From: Patescibacteria group bacterium UBA6017
GTDB lineage: Bacteria; Patescibacteriota; Saccharimonadia; UBA4664
NCBI GenBank assembly: GCA_002429485.1
Contig: DIZX01000016.1
Location: forward strand, 14,889-78,888
Direction: 5' to 3'
Length of the DNA: 64,000 nucleotides
In this document: positions 1-8,598 of the stretch, piece after piece
Layout: every line of letters begins with the position of its first letter
Numbering within the stretch: position 1 is the stretch's first letter
The notes under the pieces: model-generated
Seen by the model: only the letters and a program-made list of their open reading frames with translations
The model's database searches: none
Told to the model about the DNA's origin: nothing
Translations under genes and position numbers: made by a program

Positions 1-161
1 TCCGAGTGCGGGACTACCCCGATCTCGATCCGGATCTGGTGGGTGAGATCTTGAGCGTGCAGCACCAGTTCGCTGAGGACCGGGCAGAGGCCCGCAAACG
101 CACCGAGCAGCTCATTAACCGCTGGGCCGCCAGCCAACCCGATCCAAGGGCGACCGACTGA
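1..161 (+). CDS. 3' end of an upstream gene cut off by the window edge. Frame 3 is open from position 3 to the TGA at 159-161, which overlaps the ATG of the next gene (TGATG).
   Basis: Frame 3 is open from the window edge to 161. Its translated end is ...RVRDYPDLDPDLVGEILSVQHQFAEDRAEARKRTEQLINRWAASQPDPRATD*. The stop overlaps the start of the ATPase gene, which is typical of translational coupling. The high-GC codon usage matches the neighbouring genes. Confidence 0.4.
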   Translation, partial: RVRDYPDLDPDLVGEILSVQHQFAEDRAEARKRTEQLINRWAASQPDPRATD

Positions 162-2101
162 TGCTCACCCTTGATGGCCTGACGATCCAGGACTTCGGTC
201 CGTATCGCGGACGGCAAGAAATTAAATTCACTCGTGACCGCGGGGTATACATCTTGTACGGGCCGAATGGTCGCGGAAAGACGACGCTGCATAACGCCTT
301 TCGGTACGCGCTGTATGGCGAGATTCTTGGTCGCCGCCGAGCCGAGCAGGCCCGCGAGTTGGCCAACTCTGAGGCTCGCAAGCAGGCGGGCTTCGGCTCG
401 TTTGAGACGACGTTGGACTTTGGGCACCAGGGCGCCCGCTACCGACTGACCCGGCGGTACGACGAGCGCGAGAAACCCCACGAGTTGACGCTCCTGGAAC
501 GCGATGGCGTGCCTATGTCTCAGGATGACTCCGAGAAAGCGCTCCAGGTCATTGCGCCACACTCGGTAAGCCAGTTCTTCCTTTTCGACGGCGAGTTGCT
601 CCGTCAGTACGAAAACCTGCTTGACCGGGACAGTGAAGAAGGGGCTGCTCTGGAGCAATCGATCGAGCGCGTCCTCGGTATCCCGATCGTTGGCAATGCC
701 AAGGCTGACGTCACCGGAGTGTGGCGGCTCGCCGAGAAACAGATGGCCGAGCAGTACGCCGCCCACGATGAGACCCGGCGCATGGGCCTATCGCTCAATG
801 AGGCCCAGGAAGTACGCGCTCGGCTGCAGGAGGGTCACGACGAGATTGCCTTGCGGATCGATACAGCGAAGGAGCGTGTTGCCGAGCTAGAAGGCATGCT
901 GCGCGAGCAGCAGAAGGCCGAGCGTTTGCTAGGCAATCTCGATCGGCTCCGTACCCAGCAAGCGGACTTAGAACTTCGTGAAAAGGAGGGCGTCGATGCT
1001 CTGAACGAGCTGTCCGGCGATCTGTGGAAGGCGGTGCTGGCGCAGTCGGCAGCCGATCGGTTGGTGTCGGTCGACGCCGAGGTGCAGATAGCAGAGACTG
1101 ACCTGCGGTCCGTTGCAGCTGCGGTCAGAGACCTGGCACATCTGCAAGCCGAGCATGACTGCCCCGTCTGTCGCCGTGATGTACCCGAGGACCTACGCAA
1201 TTCGCTGATCGCAAGCTTGGAGGCAACTGCCTCGGACGCCCATCACGAGGCCGTTGACGCTCGCCTTGATCGGGCACGTAGTAAGCGCCGGACGCTGCAG
1301 GTCCTCGCTTCTGAGGACGCGCGCCTCGTCGTAGAGCGGGATCGGAACCTCCGCTCGCTGCGGTTGGAGCGGCAGGAAGTGCGGGAGGACATCGCAGGTC
1401 TCGAGCAGCAGTTGTCCGAGATCGGCGAGGACGAGTTGCGCGCCCTTACCGGTGAGCGAGATCAGCGGCAGGCGCAGATTCTGCGCGACAAGGAACGGCT
1501 TGAGGACAGTGGCGTCAAGCTCCGTGAGCAGGAGCTGGTGATAGAGGATCTGAAGCGCCGCTTGCGCAAGCAGCCCGTGCGGCCCGACCACACAATCGAG
1601 GTGAAGGACCAAGTGAGTCAGGCCTTGATGGGTCTCTTTGGCGGGGCGATTGACGCCTACCGCGTCAAGCTGCGTCGCCGGGTCGAAGAGCGGGCATCGG
1701 AAATCTTCCGCCAGCTCGCTTCCGAGCCGGACTACGTGGGGCTGCGCATCACTGATCGGTATGGGTTGGAGATCATTGACTCCGACGGCGAAGTGGTCAG
1801 GCGATCAGCCGGCTACGAGCACCTGGTTGCCCTGTCCCTGATCGCGGCCCTGCAGGACAGTGCGGCGGTGCGCGGCCCGGTGATCATGGACTACCCGTTT
1901 GGACGGCTTGACACCGACAACACGGCGCATGTCGTGGCAGCCCTGCCGCGTATGGCCCGCCAGGTCATTCTGCTGTCGTTCGATGGAGAGTTCGATCGCC
2001 ACGCGGCTCTGACTGCGCTCGGCAGCAATCTGGTGGCCGAGTATGAGCTAGAGCGCGTCACCTCGAAGCACACTCGCATCCAGCCTCGGAGGACCATCTG
2101 A
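161..2101 (+). CDS. SMC/Rad50-family ABC-type ATPase with a central CxxC zinc-hook and short coiled coils (DndD / LmuB / SbcC-like). Probably a defense-system ATPase.
   Basis: N-terminal Walker A GPNGRGKTT. FFLFDGELL motif. A long coiled-coil region rich in heptad E/R/L. Mid-protein hook HDCPVCRRDVPEDL. C-terminal signature-like SAGYEHLVALSLIAAL, Walker B PVIMDYPFGRLD and LLSFDGEF. TGATG overlap with the genes on both sides. Confidence 0.8.
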   Translation: MLTLDGLTIQDFGPYRGRQEIKFTRDRGVYILYGPNGRGKTTLHNAFRYALYGEILGRRRAEQARELANSEARKQAGFGSFETTLDFGHQGARYRLTRRYDEREKPHELTLLERDGVPMSQDDSEKALQVIAPHSVSQFFLFDGELLRQYENLLDRDSEEGAALEQSIERVLGIPIVGNAKADVTGVWRLAEKQMAEQYAAHDETRRMGLSLNEAQEVRARLQEGHDEIALRIDTAKERVAELEGMLREQQKAERLLGNLDRLRTQQADLELREKEGVDALNELSGDLWKAVLAQSAADRLVSVDAEVQIAETDLRSVAAAVRDLAHLQAEHDCPVCRRDVPEDLRNSLIASLEATASDAHHEAVDARLDRARSKRRTLQVLASEDARLVVERDRNLRSLRLERQEVREDIAGLEQQLSEIGEDELRALTGERDQRQAQILRDKERLEDSGVKLREQELVIEDLKRRLRKQPVRPDHTIEVKDQVSQALMGLFGGAIDAYRVKLRRRVEERASEIFRQLASEPDYVGLRITDRYGLEIIDSDGEVVRRSAGYEHLVALSLIAALQDSAAVRGPVIMDYPFGRLDTDNTAHVVAALPRMARQVILLSFDGEFDRHAALTALGSNLVAEYELERVTSKHTRIQPRRTI

Positions 2102-2484
2102 TGGCCGATCTCAAGAACATCGCTCTGACCATCGAGGCAACCCAGACTGCCACCGACCTCAAGCATTGGCTCGGCATCGTCGAGCAGATGGACCGCATCC
2201 GGCTAGGCTTCGCTTACGCGGTCAGGAACAGCCTGGACCTCACGCGCGATGACACTTTCGGCACCCGGGGCGGTAGTAACTACGACACCGGCGGCCTCGA
2301 CCAGGACGGCCTGATGGCCGAGACCGTAAAGATCTACTATCCGGACCCGGACGTCGCCGCCGAGCCCTACCGCGCCGTTGAGACGCTCATGAATAAGGGC
2401 CTGCGCCTACTCGGGGAGCATTGGCAGCAGGGCCTCATCGGCAGTGTCGGCGATTTGATGGCCAGCGCGGCCGACGCGGAATAG
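2101..2484 (+). CDS. Small acidic partner protein (127 aa) of the zinc-hook ATPase. Function unknown.
   Basis: Its start overlaps the ATPase stop codon (TGATG at 2099-2103). Codon usage matches the ATPase gene. A promoter-like AT-rich gap follows. No motif was recognised. Confidence 0.55.
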   Translation: MADLKNIALTIEATQTATDLKHWLGIVEQMDRIRLGFAYAVRNSLDLTRDDTFGTRGGSNYDTGGLDQDGLMAETVKIYYPDPDVAAEPYRAVETLMNKGLRLLGEHWQQGLIGSVGDLMASAADAE

Positions 2485-2624
2485 AGTCACTAATTGTGCG
2501 GATTTGTATCCAATAGCACAATCTTGACTTATCCACAGGCCTTTGAAAGAATAAGCGCTAGCGACATTGTCAGCCGGAACTACTCGCAACACTTTATCAC
2601 CGAGCTAATCGTAAGGGCGCACAC
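2485..2624 (+). promoter_or_regulatory. AT-rich intergenic region, probably holding the promoter of the four-gene Qat-like operon.
   Basis: This is the only AT-rich gap in a stretch that is otherwise about 62% GC. It contains TTGACT ... TATCCA-like hexamers and ends just before the ATG at 2625. Confidence 0.3.
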
Positions 2625-4409
2625 ATGACCGGCGAGACGAGAACTCCGGACCTTCACCTCTGGTCCGATGAACCGGCAGTAACAGATTTACTTTCCTTCA
2701 GCGCGATCGCTGACACGGTCGTTGACGCCCTCTTCGACGAGAACCTCAATCCTGTGGCGCTTGGCATTTCTGGCGCCTGGGGCAGTGGCAAGACCACCGT
2801 ACTCAACCTGATCGACCAGCGCATCAACGCTCGATCTACAGATCAGCAGACAATCGTTGTGGTCCGCGCCGACCCGTGGCGCTATGACCCGACCAAGGGC
2901 CCGAAGGAGAGCCTGATTGTTGCCGTACTGACGGCACTGCAGGGCGAATTTAAGGGCTCAGATGCGGCCCAGAAGTCCGCCGGTGAGGCGCTCAAGAGGC
3001 TTGCGAAGCGGGTCAACTGGTCGAAAGCCATCAAGATGGCAGCGACCACGGCCCTAACCGCGCAACTTCCTTCGCTGGATGCAGTTATGGGCTTGGTCAG
3101 TGACGAGCCAGAAACGCTCGGTTCCGAGAAGGGCATGGACCAGTTCCGCGAGGAGTTCGAGGCGCTCCTAAAAGAAGAGGCGCTCGCCCACGTCATGCAA
3201 GTGGTCGTCCTGGTGGACGATCTAGACCGCTGCTTGCCAGAAACCGTCGTCGAGACGCTAGAAGCCATCCGGTTGTTCTTGTCGGCGGAGAACATGTCAT
3301 TCGTCATCGCCGCGGATGAGGCCCGAGTTGCAGAGGCGATCCAGCAAAAGCTGCAGATGCCCGACCCGAGCGACGGCACGGAGAGCATTGCCAGCCTTTA
3401 CTTGCACAAGATTGTGCAGACGACGGTGCCGTTGCCAGCCCTCAGCTACTTCGATACTCGCGCCTACCTTTTCTTGCTGCTCGCCCGAATGCAGGTTGAA
3501 ACGGATGTGTTTGGCGCGCTGGTTACCTCGTGCGACGTTCTTCGTATCGACGCCGGAAGCCTTGACGACCTCGCGCTACCAGAGGGTATTGATCTCTCGT
3601 CTCCTATGGCCACAGCCTCAAGACTCACGCCTATTCTCTACGAAAAGTTCCAGGGCAATCCTCGACGCATCAAGCGCTTCATGAACGACCTATATGTTCG
3701 ACAGTCCGTGGCCGCGAGACGGGGTCACAAGCTAGAGCCCGACGCCATCGCCAAGTTGATGGTGATCGAGCGGCTATTCCCGGCTGACTTCGGCGTCCTA
3801 ATGGACTGGCTCGCGTCCGGCAATCTGCGCGGCAAACTAGATGCGCTGCAATTATTCACGAAGGGGGAGCAGCGCGAGAAGGGAAAAGCCGAAGAAACCG
3901 AATTTTCCGGCACGATGTTGCGCTGGGCCAAGCTCCCACCCGAATTCGATACGGCTATGGTCTCGGGATATCTGACACTGGCGGCTGCGTTCCAGGGCCG
4001 TCTCCTAGTAGATGAGTCGCTGTCAGAGTCTCTGCGCGACCTCGCCGCTGCACTGACCTCGAGTTCGCAGGTCGAACGCAGTTCAGTGAAGGACGGTGAG
4101 ATTAAGGCGCTCCCGCCCGGAGACGTCGCGGAGCTGCTCGCCCACTTAGGTAGACGCATGCGCGACGACTCTTCGATCCAGCTCCCGACGGTGAACGCGA
4201 TCGTATCGATCGCTACCCTGCACCCTAGCGAGTTGGGTCGAGCTCAGCGCGCACTGTTGATGTTGCCTGGCAACGATGTTCGGTCATCCAGTGTCCTTAT
4301 CTTCAAAGACCTGACCGCCGACTACGATGATGTGCTCGAGAGCTGGTCGAAGAGCTCGGACGCCACGACGAAGCGGGCGATCTTGTCCGTGCGCAGCAGG
4401 AAGGCCTGA
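2625..4409 (+). CDS. qatA: KAP-family P-loop NTPase, first gene of a Qat-type defense operon (QatA-like).
   Basis: Walker A GISGAWGSGKTT close to the N-terminus. Walker B-like VVVLVDDLDRC. Size of 594 aa. It is followed, with start/stop overlaps, by a Gly-rich protein, a QueC-like protein and a TatD-like protein. Confidence 0.75.
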   Translation: MTGETRTPDLHLWSDEPAVTDLLSFSAIADTVVDALFDENLNPVALGISGAWGSGKTTVLNLIDQRINARSTDQQTIVVVRADPWRYDPTKGPKESLIVAVLTALQGEFKGSDAAQKSAGEALKRLAKRVNWSKAIKMAATTALTAQLPSLDAVMGLVSDEPETLGSEKGMDQFREEFEALLKEEALAHVMQVVVLVDDLDRCLPETVVETLEAIRLFLSAENMSFVIAADEARVAEAIQQKLQMPDPSDGTESIASLYLHKIVQTTVPLPALSYFDTRAYLFLLLARMQVETDVFGALVTSCDVLRIDAGSLDDLALPEGIDLSSPMATASRLTPILYEKFQGNPRRIKRFMNDLYVRQSVAARRGHKLEPDAIAKLMVIERLFPADFGVLMDWLASGNLRGKLDALQLFTKGEQREKGKAEETEFSGTMLRWAKLPPEFDTAMVSGYLTLAAAFQGRLLVDESLSESLRDLAAALTSSSQVERSSVKDGEIKALPPGDVAELLAHLGRRMRDDSSIQLPTVNAIVSIATLHPSELGRAQRALLMLPGNDVRSSSVLIFKDLTADYDDVLESWSKSSDATTKRAILSVRSRKA

Positions 4410-5227
4410 TGGGAACCAGCGGAGCCTTCAAAGGAAGCGGCGGAAAGGATGCCGGCAGCCTCCGGGACGCCATCAGTGATTGGCTGGGAGGTGCCGACGA
4501 GGCTCAACAGGGTCAAGCCGACACGACCACAACAGACCAGCCGGCCGAACCCGACCACTTGAACCCCAACGCCCTCGCCCCCGCGGCTCGACTCTGGCTG
4601 CGAGGACCATCGGGCGGTTCCAAGGGTTCGGGAAGCGGAGGCGGGGGTGCAACCAGTGGGGGCGGTGGCTCCGCGGGTGGCGGTAGGTCATCTGGTGGTG
4701 TCCAGCGGACAGTCGGACGCGTTTCCGGACCTGCCGGGCGTGCAGGCGCACTGGCACGTGCCTTTGCGACGGGTGACAGCCCGGCGCTAGAAGAAGCGGG
4801 CCTTAACTACGATGAACTTCGCGCGCTCAATGATCCGCTTGAAGTGGGTCGCAAGATCACCGAGGTGGCTTTTGAAGGCCAACCTGACGGCAGTATCGAA
4901 GACGGCGAGGCACGCTTAATCGTAGCTGAGCTCGTCTCGTGGATCATGGATGCGCCTGACGGTGAGCGGCCCAGTCCCGACCAGATTGTCCGCTACTCAA
5001 TCGAACTTATGATTGCTAAAGCAGCCCTTACCGAAGTGGGCGATACGATCCGTAAGCAATCCGACCCCGTCAAGCGCCAAGAAGCTGAAGCAGAAGTGCG
5101 CCGCGGAGCCAAGGTCCTGGCAGGAAAGCTAGATCTTGATGGAGTAGGACCTAGTGCATCGGACATCGCTCGTAGTATCGAGACAAGTGTGCAGCAGCTG
5201 GTCGATATTCACGGGGACCCGACATGA
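4409..5227 (+). CDS. qatB: Glycine-rich protein of the Qat-type operon (QatB-like).
   Basis: Its ATG overlaps the qatA stop (ATGA). Starts MGTSGAFKGSGG and carries a long Gly/Ser tract (GGSKGSGSGGGGATSGGGGSAGGGRSSGG). The C-terminal half is helical. The next gene starts inside its last codons. Confidence 0.65.
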   Translation: MGTSGAFKGSGGKDAGSLRDAISDWLGGADEAQQGQADTTTTDQPAEPDHLNPNALAPAARLWLRGPSGGSKGSGSGGGGATSGGGGSAGGGRSSGGVQRTVGRVSGPAGRAGALARAFATGDSPALEEAGLNYDELRALNDPLEVGRKITEVAFEGQPDGSIEDGEARLIVAELVSWIMDAPDGERPSPDQIVRYSIELMIAKAALTEVGDTIRKQSDPVKRQEAEAEVRRGAKVLAGKLDLDGVGPSASDIARSIETSVQQLVDIHGDPT

Positions 5228-6501
5228 CCCGACTTGCTCTCGTCATGGATCGAACGCGGATACCGGCCGACACGGACGAGGTCTTCCTTTGGGATGGGGG
5301 AGCCGACCAAAGCTTCAAGACTGGGCTCACTCCCACACTTGCAGAACTAGGCGACGTACCCCCGCTCAATGCGGACGCTGTGAGGATCGCGCTTACAGCC
5401 TACGCGGCCGACCACAGCGTGAAGCGGGAACGTGGCGGTTCCAACTGGAATCGTCGGACTTTGGATCTGCTGGTACCGGTCAGTGATCCCGACGTCTGGG
5501 CAGGTGCGGCCACGGAGCTCATCGATGCTCTCAATTTCCTCACCGGTGACAATTGGAGCCTAAGATTCGTCCAGCATGAAGTTGAGGACAACCAGCACCA
5601 GCTTCTCGCCGATGCACCAGCCCGCGTCGTTTTACTCAGCGGGGGTGCCGATTCGGGAACGGGTGCGGTCATCTCTGCGAGTTCTCTTACACTCAACGAG
5701 TCGCACATTCTCGTATCTCATTCGAGTTCGGGCGCAACCAGCGGTGCGCAGAGAGCCGTCCATGACCGCCTCGAAGCTCTCTTCCCGGGAAAGCAGCCTA
5801 TCCATCGCCAAATCTTCATAGGTCGGGCCAAGAAACGAATCGATGGTACGAACTATCCAGACGAACCATCCAGCCGATCGAGATCATTCTTATTTCTGAC
5901 GCTTGGTCTGGCGGCCGCTGCCCGGTCGGGAGCCACCCTCTGGATCCCAGAGAACGGGTTTGCATCACTAAACCCTCCGCTCGGTCCTGAGCGACTGGGT
6001 GCACTCTCCACTAGGACAACGCACCCATGGTTCCTTTGGAGGCTCCAACAGGCCCTCTCGAAAGTCGGCGCGCACGCCGATCTCGAGAATCCCTTCCAAC
6101 TCGAGACGAAAGGCGAGATGTTTACGCGCGCCTCGGGTGTCCTCGGGAAAGATGGCGCGTCCGCGTTTCTCAGCACTACAAACTCGTGTTCTCACACCGA
6201 CCAGAACTACCAAGGCGTGCCGAGTGGAACTCACTGTGGTGTCTGCTTCGGATGCATCGTCAGGCGCGCTTCCTTCAAGGCCTCCGGGCTCCATGACCAG
6301 ACCCGGTACTTGAGTGCCGAGAGCCGCTACGCCACGTATACCGCGAGCCATTCCATCGTGGAAGCGGTCCGGGACTTCGTAACCCGTGGAATCGACGACG
6401 CCACTGTGCTTGCTATGCCCCTGCCTCCAGGCCTGCTAGCTGGCGGAGCAAAGGAGCTGTGCGTACGCGGCTTGAATGAAATGGAGTCCTACCTGGCATG
6501 A
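5224..6501 (+). CDS. qatC: QueC-like PP-loop ATPase (7-cyano-7-deazaguanine synthase family), QatC-like.
   Basis: PP-loop motif VVLLSGGADSGTGAV (SGGxDS). C-terminal Zn-binding-type cluster HCGVCFGCIVRR (CxxCxxC). Overlaps both of its neighbours. Confidence 0.8.
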   Translation: MTRLALVMDRTRIPADTDEVFLWDGGADQSFKTGLTPTLAELGDVPPLNADAVRIALTAYAADHSVKRERGGSNWNRRTLDLLVPVSDPDVWAGAATELIDALNFLTGDNWSLRFVQHEVEDNQHQLLADAPARVVLLSGGADSGTGAVISASSLTLNESHILVSHSSSGATSGAQRAVHDRLEALFPGKQPIHRQIFIGRAKKRIDGTNYPDEPSSRSRSFLFLTLGLAAAARSGATLWIPENGFASLNPPLGPERLGALSTRTTHPWFLWRLQQALSKVGAHADLENPFQLETKGEMFTRASGVLGKDGASAFLSTTNSCSHTDQNYQGVPSGTHCGVCFGCIVRRASFKASGLHDQTRYLSAESRYATYTASHSIVEAVRDFVTRGIDDATVLAMPLPPGLLAGGAKELCVRGLNEMESYLA

Positions 6502-7274
6502 AGTTGCCACCACTCGACACGCATGCACACGTGGCTCTCGAGGTCCCGACGCGGGACCTCGAGAGCCTCGGCGCAGCGGTGTTGATCGCTACGCGCAGCG
6601 CAGACGAGTTTGAGAGGGTTAGAGCACGGCATGACCTGGTGAGTGTTTGGGGGCTCGGGTGCCACCCTTCACTGGTTGGTGTCCAGCGATCGTTCGATAG
6701 CGAAAAATTTCGCGCCTTACTTGAATTCACACCATACGTCGCCGAAGTTGGGCTTGATGGGGATTCTCGGGTTCCGCTGGAAAATCAGACCGAAACGCTG
6801 AAAGCTATCCTTGATTGCGTTCGACAAATGCCCAGGGTCGTTTCACTGCACAGCTTCCGCGCGACCACGGACCTACTTAGGGTCCTTGATGTTCAGGATG
6901 GCACGTCGGCCCTCATCCTTCATTGGTGGCTTGGCACGAGGGAGGAGACGACGTGGGCGCTCGAGCTCGGCTGTTACTTCTCGGTCAACTACTCGATGAT
7001 TCGCTCGACGAGCCAATGGCGACAAATTCCACTCGACCGTTTACTTGTCGAGACCGACCATCCATCGGGAGACCGGTTCTCGAGCAGCCCGCGGCAGCCG
7101 GGCCGCGTTCAGGACGTCGAGCGGGCTCTCGGAAAACTCCACGGCCTAAGTGTTGAGAAGGTCCGACTCCAACTCTGGCAGAACTTCGCAGCACTGACAT
7201 CGGCGACCAGTACAGCGCAGATGCTGCCCATCCCCCTACGCAAGATGATCGCGTTCGCACAACAGTCCCAGTAG
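6498..7274 (+). CDS. qatD: TatD-family metal-dependent hydrolase/nuclease, QatD-like.
   Basis: N-terminal LDTHAHV (the TatD DxHxH metal site). HWWLGT motif. C-terminal LLVETDHPS (the TatD ETDxP motif). Its start overlaps the qatC stop. Confidence 0.8.
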   Translation: MKLPPLDTHAHVALEVPTRDLESLGAAVLIATRSADEFERVRARHDLVSVWGLGCHPSLVGVQRSFDSEKFRALLEFTPYVAEVGLDGDSRVPLENQTETLKAILDCVRQMPRVVSLHSFRATTDLLRVLDVQDGTSALILHWWLGTREETTWALELGCYFSVNYSMIRSTSQWRQIPLDRLLVETDHPSGDRFSSSPRQPGRVQDVERALGKLHGLSVEKVRLQLWQNFAALTSATSTAQMLPIPLRKMIAFAQQSQ

Positions 7275-7291
7275 ACACCTGATTGATTTTC

Positions 7292-7301
7292 GGGGGGGGG
7301 G
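7292..7301. repeat. Homopolymeric G10 tract in the gap between the convergent qatD and HTH genes.
   Basis: The sequence reads directly ttttcggggggggggtaacc. Confidence 0.9.
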
Positions 7302-7396
7302 TAACCTCTTGGCATTCTTAACCGGATACCCCCATGCCCAATCAAGAAGACATGTAGCTAGATCTGACGCGCCGAAGGCATGCGTCTACTTGATCT

Positions 7397-7846
7397 TCAT
7401 GTCCCTTTTTGATCGTGTGGTTGACGCATGACCACGCCCCGCCCACGTAACGCCCTCCAGACCGTGGCGCCAGCGACCTCGAACCGTTCGCCCAGCCGGG
7501 CCAGCGACCACCCCTCGCCGTAGAGGCGGACGGCCCGTTCGACCTGCCCTGGGTCGAGGCCTCGTTGTCGAGTCGGCACTCCGGCTCGCCTGATGATCTC
7601 GGAGACCGTCACTCGGTGGATGCCGTGGGCGGCGGCAAGATCCTTCATGTTCGCGCCCGCTACGTACGCCAGGACAATCTCGGTCTGATCGGCGTACGCC
7701 AGTCGGCGCTGTGGCGTGACGTTCAGGCGGACAGCTCCGGAGCTGCTCGGGCCCGGCAACTTCGCCCGGTCTGCCATTGCCTCGTCCGCAAGCGTGACTA
7801 TTTGGGCCGCGAGGGGGTTCGATAGACAACCCCTCAGTTCCACCAT
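7397..7846 (-). mobile_element. Helix-turn-helix protein resembling the N-terminal DNA-binding part of an IS transposase or resolvase (orfA-like). There is no catalytic DDE partner, so it is probably a mobile-element remnant at the edge of the island.
   Basis: Two HTH-like segments: NMKDLAAAHGIHRVTVSEIIRRAG and GWSLARLGERFEVAGATVWRALRGRG. No adjacent ORF with a DDE/recombinase domain. It sits exactly where GC content changes from ~62% to ~40%. Confidence 0.45.
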
Positions 7847-7925
7847 TTAGTTCTTTTTACTTTCTCCGAGTTTTCATTAGCTATTCATCTAGAGTCGTGA
7901 TGCTCTTTTTGGTATACTGCCAGGC

Positions 7926-8495
7926 ATGAATCTTATCTTCTCTACCGGTAACTCGGACAAATTCCATACAGCACATAGGGTACTTGAAGAAGCAGGCATA
8001 ACGCTTACACAAGAAAAACTCGATATAGACGAAATCCAGGCCGAGGAGGGCAATGCAATTATCCTAGACAAGTCTGCGAAGGCTTATAGCCTATTATGCC
8101 AGCCAGTAGTAGTCAGTGATGATTCGTGGTCAATCCCAGGCCTGGGCGGCTTCCCCGGACCTTACATGAAATCGATTAATGCGTGGTTCAAGGCGGAAGA
8201 TTTCGAACACCTCACTCGCCCGCTCGAAGACCGTCGAGTCTTTCTGACCAACCGGCTCGCCTACAATGATGGTCATCAGATAAAACTCTTTCACAATCAT
8301 CGTGAGGGAATTCTGCTCAAAGCAAGCCGCGGCCACAGTAGTCATCTGAGCCATCAATTTATTGTGATGGAGGGCGATAATGGGCTGAGTCAGGCCGAGG
8401 CTTACAATCAAGGCGTCGACCAAAACAACCTCGAAAGAGCCGCCATCTGGAGGCAACTAGAGGGTTGGCTAAGGTCTAACATAAAAGCTTCATAG
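7926..8495 (+). CDS. Non-canonical purine NTP pyrophosphatase (Ham1/ITPase/RdgB family).
   Basis: N-terminal STGNSDKFHTA (the TGNxxK motif). VVVSDDSW (the DDSG-like motif). About 190 aa. AT-rich codon usage. Confidence 0.7.
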   Translation: MNLIFSTGNSDKFHTAHRVLEEAGITLTQEKLDIDEIQAEEGNAIILDKSAKAYSLLCQPVVVSDDSWSIPGLGGFPGPYMKSINAWFKAEDFEHLTRPLEDRRVFLTNRLAYNDGHQIKLFHNHREGILLKASRGHSSHLSHQFIVMEGDNGLSQAEAYNQGVDQNNLERAAIWRQLEGWLRSNIKAS

Positions 8496-8504
8496 AACCT
8501 CTAA

Positions 8505-8543
8505 GCGAATCGCAGTGCTAACAGCGCCCACAATGCTCCACCA
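8505..8543. repeat. Copy 1 of a ~39-bp intergenic repeat ending in ATGCTCCACCA (tRNA-3'-end-like).
   Basis: gcgaatcgcagtgctaacagcgcccacaatgctccacca aligns with the copies at 9400-9438 and 9946-9984. Confidence 0.7.
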
Positions 8544-8598
8544 GTTTAGTTTCGTATATTTTTTCGTCCGGCGATAAGCACTTGGTATAATCGAAAGT

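Noticed and set aside
14-766. 250-aa minus-strand ORF overlapping the start of the zinc-hook ATPase gene, along with other long antisense ORFs at 835-1200 and 1193-1612.
   Set aside because: These are shadow ORFs of the high-GC coding strand. The plus-strand frame carries unambiguous Walker A/B and zinc-hook motifs, and the antisense frames have no motifs.
4560-4720. Repetitive GGC/GGT-rich tract, considered as a possible CRISPR or other tandem repeat.
   Set aside because: It is a coding Gly/Ser-rich linker inside qatB with no regular repeat/spacer periodicity. No CRISPR-like array was seen anywhere in the window.
7386-7829. Alternative minus-strand frame (147 aa) overlapping the HTH gene, considered as a possible transposase orfB.
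   Set aside because: It has no DDE or other catalytic residues and an Arg/Pro/Gly-rich composition. It is a frame shadow of the HTH ORF.
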